DNA of 64,000 nucleotides from Verrucomicrobiota bacterium (GTDB lineage Bacteria; Verrucomicrobiota; Verrucomicrobiia; Opitutales; Coraliomargaritaceae), in assembly GCA_039815375.1 (NCBI GenBank), contig JBCBZJ010000010.1, positions 1-64,000 on the forward strand, read 5' to 3'. The translations under genes were made by a program, and so were the position numbers. The notes beneath the pieces are model-generated. The model made no database searches and was not told the DNA's origin. It saw only the letters and a program-made list of their open reading frames with translations. Positions 26,857 to 36,937 of the stretch are shown here, piece by piece; positions within the stretch are counted from its first letter, which is position 1, and the number at the start of each line of letters is the position of its first letter.

Positions 26857-28149
26857 ATGATCTTGCTCTATCGGCTGCTTTACTTGCCGGGGCTACTGGT
26901 GGCCCTTCCCTACTATCTGCTGCGCATGCGGCGAAGAGGTGGCTACAAAAAGGATTTTCAACATCGTTTGGGGCGGTTCCATCAACTGCCAGAAAGAGCT
27001 AAAAATAAGGTCCGCATCTGGATACAAGCAGTCAGTGTGGGTGAAGTTCTTGCCGTTGGACCACTGATTGAGGCACTTCAGGCAAGAGGAAATGTGGAAA
27101 TCGTGCTCACGACTACGACAAGCACCGGCTATGCTGAGGCCCATAAGCACTACAATGGAAACGTTCTGTGCATCGGGATTTTCCCCTTGGATTTTTGGCT
27201 ATTCTCCCGACTTGCATGGAAACGTATTCAACCGGACTACATCATACTCACAGAGAGCGAGCTCTGGCCTGAACATCTTCATCAGGCTAATGCAAAGAGG
27301 ATACCTGCATACCTCATAAACGCGCGTATGTCTGATCGGAGTTTTCGGCGTTACAAAAAAGTGCCTCAGCTGGCTCAAAGGCTTCTCACAAAATTCAGTG
27401 CCACCTTTGCTGCGAGCGAGCCGGATGCCACCCGCCTGAGAGAGCTCGGTATGGATAATAACAAGCTGTTTTCGATGGGTAGCATCAAACTTGACGTCCC
27501 ATTGCCGAGGCAACTAAACGAAGACGAATTGTGCGCACTCCGGACAAGTTTAGGCTTTAGCGGCAATGGCGACGAAAGCTTTATCCTGCTCGGTTCTTCC
27601 ACTTGGCCTGGTGAAGAAGCCGCGCTGATCGCAATAACAAAGCAATTGCGTGAAGAAGGCCTGGCGCTTCGCCTCCTACTTGTACCGCGCCATGCAGAGC
27701 GGGGACTGGAGCTTAGACGGTCACTGGAACAGCAAGAACTCCCGTGGCATCAGCGCTCCATTGCTGAAGACACACAAGAAGAAACCATCATTTATTTGGC
27801 CGATACAACCGGCGAGCTAAACCGCCTGAGCCAAGTTGCCGACATCGCCTTTATCGGCAAAAGCCTGCCTCCAAATGATGGTGGCCAAAGCCCTATTGAA
27901 ATTGCCGGAAATGGTATACCGCTTCTAATGGGGCCTCACATGAGCAACTTCAAAGAAGTTTCTAAATCACTGGTCGCTGCTGGAGCTGCACTCTGGGTAA
28001 AAAACGAACAAGAGCTGGAAGAACATATACGATCCTTGATTGGGGATAAAGCACAGCGCAGGATGATGGGAAATGCAGGACGTGATTGGCACCAAAGTAA
28101 TCGCGGCAGTAGCCAACGTATCGCTGATTTCATTTTGGAGGACATTTAA
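26857..28149 (+). CDS. waaA: 3-deoxy-D-manno-octulosonic acid (Kdo) transferase
   Basis: IWIQAVSVGE, TTTTSTG, ESELWP, INARMSDRSF, LVPRHAER, DTTGEL. Confidence 0.95.
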   Translation: MILLYRLLYLPGLLVALPYYLLRMRRRGGYKKDFQHRLGRFHQLPERAKNKVRIWIQAVSVGEVLAVGPLIEALQARGNVEIVLTTTTSTGYAEAHKHYNGNVLCIGIFPLDFWLFSRLAWKRIQPDYIILTESELWPEHLHQANAKRIPAYLINARMSDRSFRRYKKVPQLAQRLLTKFSATFAASEPDATRLRELGMDNNKLFSMGSIKLDVPLPRQLNEDELCALRTSLGFSGNGDESFILLGSSTWPGEEAALIAITKQLREEGLALRLLLVPRHAERGLELRRSLEQQELPWHQRSIAEDTQEETIIYLADTTGELNRLSQVADIAFIGKSLPPNDGGQSPIEIAGNGIPLLMGPHMSNFKEVSKSLVAAGAALWVKNEQELEEHIRSLIGDKAQRRMMGNAGRDWHQSNRGSSQRIADFILEDI

Positions 28150-28329
28150 AGTGGCTTATGAACAGCTTCCAACTTAGGTAAAACCTACATTCCAGAAGCG
28201 TATTTATTACACATGTGCGTGGAGCCCTGACATTTTTACCGTTTCAATGAAATTTTTATCTGTTTATAATACAAAAACTTATAAATTTAACAACCGATTT
28301 GGCATAGTTCCAGTTTAGCCATTGGCATC

Positions 28330-29436
28330 ATGAATATTATAGCTTACCGAAATGATGATCTAGGCGGACGTATTTTGAACGCCTACGCGAGCTACCTGAT
28401 TGCCAATCTGTGCGGGGGAAAACTCGAATTCTTCTGGGACGCGAATCTGATCGAGCGATCCGGCAAACTCTCGGTCCAGCTGGAAAAGAATCCATACAAA
28501 CGTCGCTATGCTCAAGAGATGAAGCGCTGCTTCCCGAGGTTAAAGTTTATCGGCGAAACTCAGATGAACGCAGTCCTGGACGCTGATCATTACGTGTTTG
28601 TGAGAAACCTCCAAGACCTGCTTGAGCACAAGGAAAGCGGCAAAACCCTAATTCTTACCGGTCAACTCGAACTCCTCGGTGAGGAACGGGATGTGGAGTC
28701 CCTTCGCTTGAATGATTTCTTCGGCGAAGAAGCACCGGAGATGTATGAATTCCTGTTCAATGAAACCGGCCTCTCGGAGGAGCTTGTCGAAAAAGTCGAT
28801 AAGCTCGCATCCGACCTGAAATTAAGCCATTCAGTCGGCATGCATGTGCGTCGCGGCGATTGCATGCTAATGAAAGAAATGCTTTTGACCGGCAAACGAT
28901 ACGGGGGATTTAGCGACGAAGAAATCGAACGAGGCGCACGCAAAGCGATTCGCTATGAGGACTACACAAATGCTTTTCACCGCTTCGGTCCACTGAACCT
29001 TTTCATCTGTTCTGATTCAGATGACGTGAAGTATGTTTTCGAATCTCACTATGGACAACGCTATCATTCCTACGATGTTCGTTCATACTACCGCTTGAAT
29101 CTATTCGGAGTCAGCAAGTGGCAAAAGGTAATCCGCCTGCTCAAGTTCCGTGGCATACGTCACGGCATTGAAGACGCGATCATCGACATGCTGCTTTTAG
29201 CACACTGCCGATACATTGTCCGGGGCTCGAGCCTGCTCGGCAAAGTCTCAACTATGCTGAACAATGACTTTATTGAAATCGAAGATAATGGTGTATTGGT
29301 TGACAATGTCTGGGGCACCGAGAATTTACGTTTCAAATCCAGAACTGCCAACCGTATCCCCTTCTCGGCAGACTTACACCAAGCACCATCGTCAATCGCC
29401 TATCCTGAATCAACACAAAGGCTATCAAATATGTAG
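28330..29436 (+). CDS. Fucosyltransferase-like glycosyltransferase (GT11/GT23/NodZ-like)
   Basis: GMHVRRGD, LFICSD and AIIDMLLLAHC..IV.GSS motifs. Confidence 0.7.
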   Translation: MNIIAYRNDDLGGRILNAYASYLIANLCGGKLEFFWDANLIERSGKLSVQLEKNPYKRRYAQEMKRCFPRLKFIGETQMNAVLDADHYVFVRNLQDLLEHKESGKTLILTGQLELLGEERDVESLRLNDFFGEEAPEMYEFLFNETGLSEELVEKVDKLASDLKLSHSVGMHVRRGDCMLMKEMLLTGKRYGGFSDEEIERGARKAIRYEDYTNAFHRFGPLNLFICSDSDDVKYVFESHYGQRYHSYDVRSYYRLNLFGVSKWQKVIRLLKFRGIRHGIEDAIIDMLLLAHCRYIVRGSSLLGKVSTMLNNDFIEIEDNGVLVDNVWGTENLRFKSRTANRIPFSADLHQAPSSIAYPESTQRLSNM

Positions 29437-29442
29437 AATAGA

Positions 29443-29898
29443 TCAACGAATCTGTCGGAAAGCTTCGTAAGCCGCAATTCCAGCAGCAGTCGACAGGTTA
29501 AGCGATCGCATGTCAGGATTTTTTTGTGGAATTGTAACACGCGTCTCCGACAACTCTTCATGGAGCCATTCCGGTGCACCACTACCTTCATTGCCAAACA
29601 CAAGGCCATCATCATTTTTGTATTTAACATCCCAATACGAATCGTCGGCTTTGGTTGTAAATAACCAAAGCCGGCCCATTGGCCTTTTAGGGCTCTCCCG
29701 AAAAGTGGACCAGTCTTCGTGATAATGTACGTCCAGAGAGTGCCAATAGTCCATTCCGCTCCGCCTAAGATGCTTGTCCGTAATCGTGAAGCCGAGCGGA
29801 TAAATCAAATGCAGGCGACACACATTGATCGCACAGAGGCGACCAATGTTACCTGTGTTCTGCGGAATTTCCGGATTGAATAGGACAATATGGATCAT
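29443..29898 (-). CDS. trmL: tRNA (cytidine(34)-2'-O)-methyltransferase
   Basis: PEIPQNTGNIGRLC, LRRSGMDYW, FGNEGSG, RSLNLS. Confidence 0.95.
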   Translation of the reverse strand: MIHIVLFNPEIPQNTGNIGRLCAINVCRLHLIYPLGFTITDKHLRRSGMDYWHSLDVHYHEDWSTFRESPKRPMGRLWLFTTKADDSYWDVKYKNDDGLVFGNEGSGAPEWLHEELSETRVTIPQKNPDMRSLNLSTAAGIAAYEAFRQIR

Positions 29899-29961
29899 CC
29901 TTAGAGAATCGAAAATGTAACGTTCGGCGTCGAATCCAGAATGCTAACTTCTTACTTCTTC

Positions 29962-30357
29962 TCAAAAGAAGCTGGACCAATTCACAGCAATGACTGCGGC
30001 CCAGCAGATGAAGCAATTCAAAATGCTGAGCAAGACAGCTGCACTAGCCATATCCTTTGCACGCTTGGCAAGAGGTCGGTCACGAAGCGAAATATCGTCG
30101 ACTACCGCTTCAATACCGGAGTTCAGCAACTCAACAATCAAAACGATCAGAATACTTGCTACGAGAATGAGGTGCTCGACCAAACTCACGCGCATGAGGA
30201 AAGATATGGGAACAAGAAACGCAGCAAGCACAGCCTCTTGGCGGAAGGCAGCTTCATGTTTCAAGGTCGAACCCAGCCCGTCAAAGGAGTAAAATAGGGC
30301 TTTCACAACTCGCTTGAAGCCAGTGTTCTTATGAATATTGGGATCTATGTCTTCCAT
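29962..30357 (-). CDS. dgkA: Diacylglycerol kinase
   Basis: HEAAFRQE, VELLNSGIEAVVD, AKRAKDMASAAV. Confidence 0.95.
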   Translation of the reverse strand: MEDIDPNIHKNTGFKRVVKALFYSFDGLGSTLKHEAAFRQEAVLAAFLVPISFLMRVSLVEHLILVASILIVLIVELLNSGIEAVVDDISLRDRPLAKRAKDMASAAVLLSILNCFICWAAVIAVNWSSFF

Positions 30358-30427
30358 AGCAACAAAGCTGAAGGTTATTCACATATTAGTAAAATTGTCG
30401 ACCACACGATTGTAACAAATAAATCAG

Positions 30428-30459
30428 AAAAATAGCCGAAGGCAAATACCTCCGGCTAT
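30428..30459 (-). terminator. Intrinsic terminator after tpiA
   Basis: ATAGCCG...CGGCTAT stem followed by a U-run on the minus strand. Confidence 0.7.
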
Positions 30460-30484
30460 CGTATTCTGAAATTGGATACAGGGT

Positions 30485-31258
30485 TTACTTCGAAAGCTCG
30501 ATGGCGGCTTCAACAATACCACCGAAGTCAGCTGCTTTAAGAGAGGCACCACCGATGAGACCGCCGTCGATGTTCTCTTGGGCGAGCAGCTCAGGAGCAT
30601 TCCCTGGCTTCATGGAGCCTCCGTAAAGGATACGGACTTTCTCGGCTGTTTCCTGATCGAAGAGACCAGCCAGCAGACCGCGTATCTCGGCATGGACTTC
30701 TTCAGCCATTTCGGGAGTTGCAGTCTTGCCGGTTCCGATTGCCCAGACAGGCTCGTAAGCGATGACGAGACTTTCGACCTGTTCGGCAGTCACTCCGGCA
30801 AGCGCACCTTCTGTTTGTGTCTTGATGACTTCGGTAACCTTACCGGCTTCACGCTCTTCGAGTGTTTCACCGATACAGACGATTGGTTTCAAGTTCGCCT
30901 CAAGCGCAGCAATAGTCTTCTTGTTTACGATCTCGTCGGTTTCGCCGAAGTATTGACGACGCTCGGAGTGGCCGATGATAACAAAGCTCGTGAACAGATG
31001 ACGAAGCATCTCTGCCGAAATTTCACCGGTGAAGGCACCGGATGCTTCGAAGTGCATGTTTTGAGCACCAAGGGCAATATTAGACTCGTTGACCACCTTG
31101 GAGACTGACTCCAGAGCAGTGAACGTCGGGCAAACACAGACGGTCACATCGGTTTGCTGACCAAACATGCTGACAACGTCGGATGCAAGCTCAGCACCTT
31201 CAGCAGCGTTGAGGTTCATCTTCCAGTTACCAGCGATGAGATATTTACGTGCAGGCAT
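30485..31258 (-). CDS. tpiA: Triosephosphate isomerase
   Basis: AGNWKMN, IGHSERR, AYEPVWAIGTG, LIGGASL. Confidence 0.98.
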   Translation of the reverse strand: MPARKYLIAGNWKMNLNAAEGAELASDVVSMFGQQTDVTVCVCPTFTALESVSKVVNESNIALGAQNMHFEASGAFTGEISAEMLRHLFTSFVIIGHSERRQYFGETDEIVNKKTIAALEANLKPIVCIGETLEEREAGKVTEVIKTQTEGALAGVTAEQVESLVIAYEPVWAIGTGKTATPEMAEEVHAEIRGLLAGLFDQETAEKVRILYGGSMKPGNAPELLAQENIDGGLIGGASLKAADFGGIVEAAIELSK

Positions 31259-31294
31259 AATTATATGAAATTAGAGTTACGATTATTGGATTAA

Positions 31295-32488
31295 TTAAAC
31301 TTGGTCGAGCGCGGTGACACCAGGCAGTTCTTTTCCTTCGAGAAACTCGAGAGAAGCACCGCCACCAGTGCTCATAAAGGTGACCTTATCGCTGTAGCCG
31401 GACATTTTGATCGCCTTGACGGAGTCACCTCCACCTATGATGGAGATGCCGTCCGACTCTGCAATAGTCTCTGCGACAGCGAAAGTGCCTTTGTTGCAGG
31501 CATCGATCTCAAAGATCCCCATTGGGCCGTTCCAGAGAACGGTTTTTGCAGCAGAGACTTCAGCTTTGAAGAGTTCGATGCTCTTGGGGCCAATATCGAC
31601 ACCTTCCCAACCGTCTTCGATCTCACCATGGAAAAACTGCGTTTCACCTACAGTGCCTGCACCAAAATCAAGGTCCTTCACTGCTAGATTATCGAGCGGA
31701 AGCAGGAACTTAACACCCTTCTCCGCAGCTTTATCGAGTGCAGCCTGAGCCGTCGGAATGTGATCCGGCTCGCTAAGGGATTCGCCGACCTTGCGACCTT
31801 GTGCGAGCGCAAAGGTATACGCCATGGCACCGCCGATGATGATGGTATCGGCCTTCTCGAGGAGGGTATCAATGACCTTAATCTTATCTGAAACCTTGGC
31901 ACCACCGAGGATAACGGTGAAGGGACGCTCAGGATTGGCGGTCTTGTCGCCGAGGTAGGCAAGCTCCTTCTCTATGAGGAAACCACAAACATTCGGAGAG
32001 AGATGAGCAGCCACACCTGCGGTAGAAGCGTGTGCGCGGTGTGCAGTGCCGAAAGCGTCATTGACGAAAGCGTCAGCAAGCTTGGCCAGAGATGCTGCGA
32101 ATTCAGCATCGTTGTCCGTCTCGCCCTTGTAGAAGCGAACGTTCTCAAGGAGCGCTATATCGCCTTCGCCAAGCCTGGCAACTTCGGCTTCAACCTCTTC
32201 ACCGATACAGTCTTCAATGAAAGTGACAGGCTTACCCAACTTGGCGGAAAGATCTTTGGCGACAGGAGAGAGACTGAACTCGGTCTTTTTCTCGCCCTTG
32301 GGGCGACCGAGGTGGCTGCAAAGAATGACCTTCGCACCCTGCTCGACAAGATGATTGATAGTAGGGAGTGCCGCAACGATACGAGAATCGTCGGAAACCG
32401 CTCCGTCTTTGAGAGGCACATTAAAATCGCAGCGAACAAGCACACGCTGGCCTGCGAGGTTTACATCTTTGATGGATTTCGTAGCCAT
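31295..32488 (-). CDS. pgk: Phosphoglycerate kinase
   Basis: RCDFNVP, SHLGRP, NDAFGTAHRAHAS, STGGGASLE. The true start is MATKSIKD at 32488. Confidence 0.98.
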   Translation of the reverse strand: MATKSIKDVNLAGQRVLVRCDFNVPLKDGAVSDDSRIVAALPTINHLVEQGAKVILCSHLGRPKGEKKTEFSLSPVAKDLSAKLGKPVTFIEDCIGEEVEAEVARLGEGDIALLENVRFYKGETDNDAEFAASLAKLADAFVNDAFGTAHRAHASTAGVAAHLSPNVCGFLIEKELAYLGDKTANPERPFTVILGGAKVSDKIKVIDTLLEKADTIIIGGAMAYTFALAQGRKVGESLSEPDHIPTAQAALDKAAEKGVKFLLPLDNLAVKDLDFGAGTVGETQFFHGEIEDGWEGVDIGPKSIELFKAEVSAAKTVLWNGPMGIFEIDACNKGTFAVAETIAESDGISIIGGGDSVKAIKMSGYSDKVTFMSTGGGASLEFLEGKELPGVTALDQV

Positions 32489-32554
32489 AAAAAGTGATAA
32501 GTGAATGTGAGAGTTACCCTTCGGCAGGCTCAGGGCGGGAGATTTTGAAAAGAG

Positions 32555-32606
32555 AAAAAAGCCGCCGCGATCAGTGAATCCGTTAGGGATACCTGCCGCG
32601 GCGGCT
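32555..32606 (-). terminator. Terminator-like hairpin between gap and pgk
   Basis: 10-bp stem AGCCGCCGCG / CGCGGCGGCT followed by a U-run on the minus strand. Confidence 0.7.
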
Positions 32607-32636
32607 AGTAAAATCAATCAGTTGTTACCGAGGACC

Positions 32637-33668
<1,032 letters not shown>

Positions 33669-34003
33669 CTAGGTTTTAATTTTCAGTTTGAGATGAAATT
33701 TGTGAGAGGCGCACTTCTAGGCCGTGAAAATGCCTTGGCAAGTGTTATTACTAGGATTCGCTAGACCGGACCCGACATCATTAACTTTAACTTATTTTAA
33801 TTTGTCAAAATATAAGTTATTTTAATTATAAGCCTTTTCCTCCTTAAGGATATTACCTTAAATCCCTTGACATTAGATAGCTTAGTGGCGTCATTTCGCC
33901 ATCGTAAGATGGAAATCTGGATTGAGCAGATTACCCAAACAATCCGAAAAACGCTCGATCTTGACAGGCCGGAGCCACCCAATCGCGAAAACACACCTTG
34001 AAA

Positions 34004-35113
34004 ATGAAAATTAAAAATTGGGACATGTTCATCTTTGTGGCGGTCTACCACCTACTCTTGGTAGTTCTGCTTCCAGCTTTCATTCAAGTATTTAGCTGGA
34101 GTGCCCTAGCTTTTTTTCTGGTTACCTACATCATCGGCGGCATGTGTATCACAGTGGGCTACCATCGTCTTTACGCTCACAAAGCCTACTCGGCCAACCC
34201 CTTCTTCGAATGGTGCATACTGATCGGGTCTACACTATCCTTCGAAATGTCAGCACTTGATTGGTCACACGACCACCGGATCCACCACAACCATGTGGAT
34301 ACCGACAAGGACCCCTACTCGATCAAGCGTGGTTTTTGGTATGCGCACATACTTTGGCTCTTCGATTACAAGCGGGATTTTGATGAAAGGATCGTTGGCG
34401 ACCTCATGAAAAACCCGCGAGTCATGTTCCAGCACAAACACTTTGCACCCCTCATTATTGGTGTGAATCTCGCAGTCTTTTTCCTAGGTTGGGGCATTAC
34501 GGGCAGTGCACTGGCCTCTTTCTACATGGGCTTCCTCGTCCGCATGGCAATGATCCACCACTGCACCTGGTTCATTAATTCACTCTGCCACACTTACGGT
34601 TCGAAAACCTATGCTCGTGAGCTCTCTGCCGTCGACAACGCAATTATGGCGCTACTCACCTTCGGCGAAGGCTATCACAACTACCACCACGCCTTTGCAG
34701 CCGATTACCGGAACGGTATTCGCTGGTATCATTTCGACCCTTCCAAATGGACGATATGGCTGGCCTCAAAAGTAGGTCTCGTCACCAAACTTCGCGTCGT
34801 TAACAGTGTTACGGTTCAAAAATCTCTTGTTCTCAAAGATAAGAAAATGCTCCTCGAACACCTCAGCCATGAAGTCGATGAGCTCGCAGCTGAAATGAAG
34901 GAGAAACTGGAGGAATTATCGGCTGCTTTCGAAGATAAGGCAGCAGCACTCATGGTTAAGGCTCGTGAATTGAAACAAGCAAGTGCTGATCAACGCGCGA
35001 AGATTCAGGCCGAGATCAAGGAGCTCCGAGCAGCTTTAAAGAAGATTTGGAATGAGTGGGTCGCGCTCACTCATCAAGCCGCACAGCAATTTCAGCTTGA
35101 ACACGCTCACTAG
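34004..35113 (+). CDS. Delta-9 type fatty acid desaturase with C-terminal coiled coil
   Basis: His boxes HRLYAH, HRIHH and HNYHH; GEGY; DPSKW. Confidence 0.93.
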   Translation: MKIKNWDMFIFVAVYHLLLVVLLPAFIQVFSWSALAFFLVTYIIGGMCITVGYHRLYAHKAYSANPFFEWCILIGSTLSFEMSALDWSHDHRIHHNHVDTDKDPYSIKRGFWYAHILWLFDYKRDFDERIVGDLMKNPRVMFQHKHFAPLIIGVNLAVFFLGWGITGSALASFYMGFLVRMAMIHHCTWFINSLCHTYGSKTYARELSAVDNAIMALLTFGEGYHNYHHAFAADYRNGIRWYHFDPSKWTIWLASKVGLVTKLRVVNSVTVQKSLVLKDKKMLLEHLSHEVDELAAEMKEKLEELSAAFEDKAAALMVKARELKQASADQRAKIQAEIKELRAALKKIWNEWVALTHQAAQQFQLEHAH

Positions 35114-35563
35114 TCCGCATCCTAAGGATGGATGAATACTTCGTTCGTCTTTCAGGAATGATGTAACCTTTGATATAGCGAGGCTGAGTAGACTTCTTCG
35201 GCAGGAATCACCTGCTTAAACTGCACTGAGACATAGAGTCCGGCTGCGTCGACATGCTCGTCCAGATAAATACGATCCATGAAAGCCGGCTAAGGGTGTG
35301 CCAAAGCCTACCAAGTTAGCAAGGTAGGCAATCCCGGATCGACGCAATTAGCAAAGTAGTCACCGGTCGTCTCAATCGGAAAATATTGCCTGAACTTTCA
35401 GGCAACTTACCTGAGCTGCTCCATCGAGAAAGATGGTTTTTTATTTGTCGCCATCATCCACCAGTGCGCTTAAAAGCAGTTGCGCAAAGGGCAGTTTTGG
35501 GAACAAGAGAAATTACAGACGAGGGCTTCATCGCCCAACACTATTTATCCATAGGCTTGGGAA

Positions 35564-35580
35564 TAGGCCTGCGATTTGCT
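35564..35580 (+). promoter_or_regulatory. Possible sigma-54 promoter of the glycogen cluster
   Basis: TAGGCCTGCGATTTGCT = GG-N10-GC, about 90 nt before ATG 35671. Confidence 0.35.
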
Positions 35581-35670
35581 AACCGGTATTTTCTATGCAC
35601 TTGACTCCCCTAGCGGCCATTTCATCCTCCGCCGTCTTTAGGCCTGACGAATAGACAAGGGCAACAGAGT

Positions 35671-36918
35671 ATGCCGCAAGAAACTTCAGAATTGGCTGAT
35701 TTAGCCCGACTTATTGACGAAACACCACTCCCGGACGGTGGACAAGGTGTCGAGTTACTAGCAGTTTCCCATGACACGTTTCAGGCACGTTGGTCTCTCA
35801 CTGAAGACATTGTCCGAAAAGGGCGAAGTATGGCTTCACCATCACAAAATGAGACTCACCTCGTGTTAAGGGCCTTTTCACTGCCACCTGACGCAAACGG
35901 CGATGCCGTTTCAGGCATCTGGCAAGACTTCAACATCGAAGGAACGGATAATAGCGGCTATTTTACACTTTCCGGTCCCACCTCAGGAATCAATGCTGCT
36001 GTCGGATTGGTCAATAAGGACGGTCGCTTCAGCCCCTTACTTCGCGGAGAGTCGATTGACCTCCCTGCTCTGCCGGTAAAAGCATTGATCGCAAAACCAG
36101 AGCCAGCGGCCAAAACGGAGCCTGAGCCTGAGTCTGTCGAACAGACATTCACTCGACCAACTGAACCCCGAGTTCTGGACGAGAAAACTGTCACGGAAAG
36201 GCTCGCGCAGATCGATGGACTTCCCGAGACGTTCAAGGTTTCAGCTAAGGAAGCACTTACCGAACCGCAATCTACCGACGCCTTCGAGTCACTCTTTAAG
36301 GACGCAGGCAAACCAGCGATCGAGCATCCCCCTCAAACAGAAGGACTGGATGAGGCAGAGGTGCTGGATGCTGTTAGGAACAAGCTGGCTGCTGAGCAGG
36401 CCCCTGAGATTGAGAAATCTGTCCAGAAACACATCAACGCAGCGACAACATCGGAAGCTTCAGGAGCCTCAGAGCAACTTGCCAGTCAGTGGGAGGAACT
36501 CTGGTCAGATAAAGCACCCATTGAGATCCGAGCAGAATACATTCTGACCGGGAAGATGGCCAACGGGATGAAGCTTTTACTCGGCAATGATATAGTAGAA
36601 CCAACTGCCGGCGGCTACTTCGTCTGGAAACGCAGGCTTAGCTCTTTCGATCAGGTTTGGCCCATCCTACAAGCCGCAATTCAAACGCCCAGTGTTCCGG
36701 CTGGGCCCTCCCTTGAGTTTTTTCATGAGGTGCAACCCTCTCAGCGTCTACTTGAGCTGCATGGAGCTCTTGAAATCGAAGGCCATGTTAGTGATCCCAA
36801 CTATTTCAAGCGTCTGCCCGAGGAATTACATGTCAACGAAAGCGGGACATTCAAGCTCTCGCGCATGTTGCCGGATGGCGCTGTAGTCCTGCCGGGTATT
36901 TCGTTGATAGCCGGATAG
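35671..36918 (+). CDS. DUF4912-like protein
   Basis: N-terminal pattern ELLAV...ARW...LVLRAF...GYF...AAVG...RFSPLL; lies directly before a GH57 branching enzyme, as is usual for DUF4912. Confidence 0.6.
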   Translation: MPQETSELADLARLIDETPLPDGGQGVELLAVSHDTFQARWSLTEDIVRKGRSMASPSQNETHLVLRAFSLPPDANGDAVSGIWQDFNIEGTDNSGYFTLSGPTSGINAAVGLVNKDGRFSPLLRGESIDLPALPVKALIAKPEPAAKTEPEPESVEQTFTRPTEPRVLDEKTVTERLAQIDGLPETFKVSAKEALTEPQSTDAFESLFKDAGKPAIEHPPQTEGLDEAEVLDAVRNKLAAEQAPEIEKSVQKHINAATTSEASGASEQLASQWEELWSDKAPIEIRAEYILTGKMANGMKLLLGNDIVEPTAGGYFVWKRRLSSFDQVWPILQAAIQTPSVPAGPSLEFFHEVQPSQRLLELHGALEIEGHVSDPNYFKRLPEELHVNESGTFKLSRMLPDGAVVLPGISLIAG

Positions 36919-36937
36919 ACCGGGCCCCGAGGCGGCG

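Noticed and set aside
28299..28315. TTGGCATAGTTCCAGT resembling a sigma-54 box before the glycosyltransferase
   Set aside because: The -12 position reads GT rather than GC.
32489..32617. 43 aa N-terminal extension of Pgk in the ORF track
   Set aside because: Runs through the terminator hairpin; the conserved protein starts at MATKSIKD (32488).
35110..35670. 560-nt gap between the desaturase and the glycogen cluster, with short ORFs
   Set aside because: No convincing ORF, repeat or RNA structure found by eye, apart from a weak sigma-54-like box.
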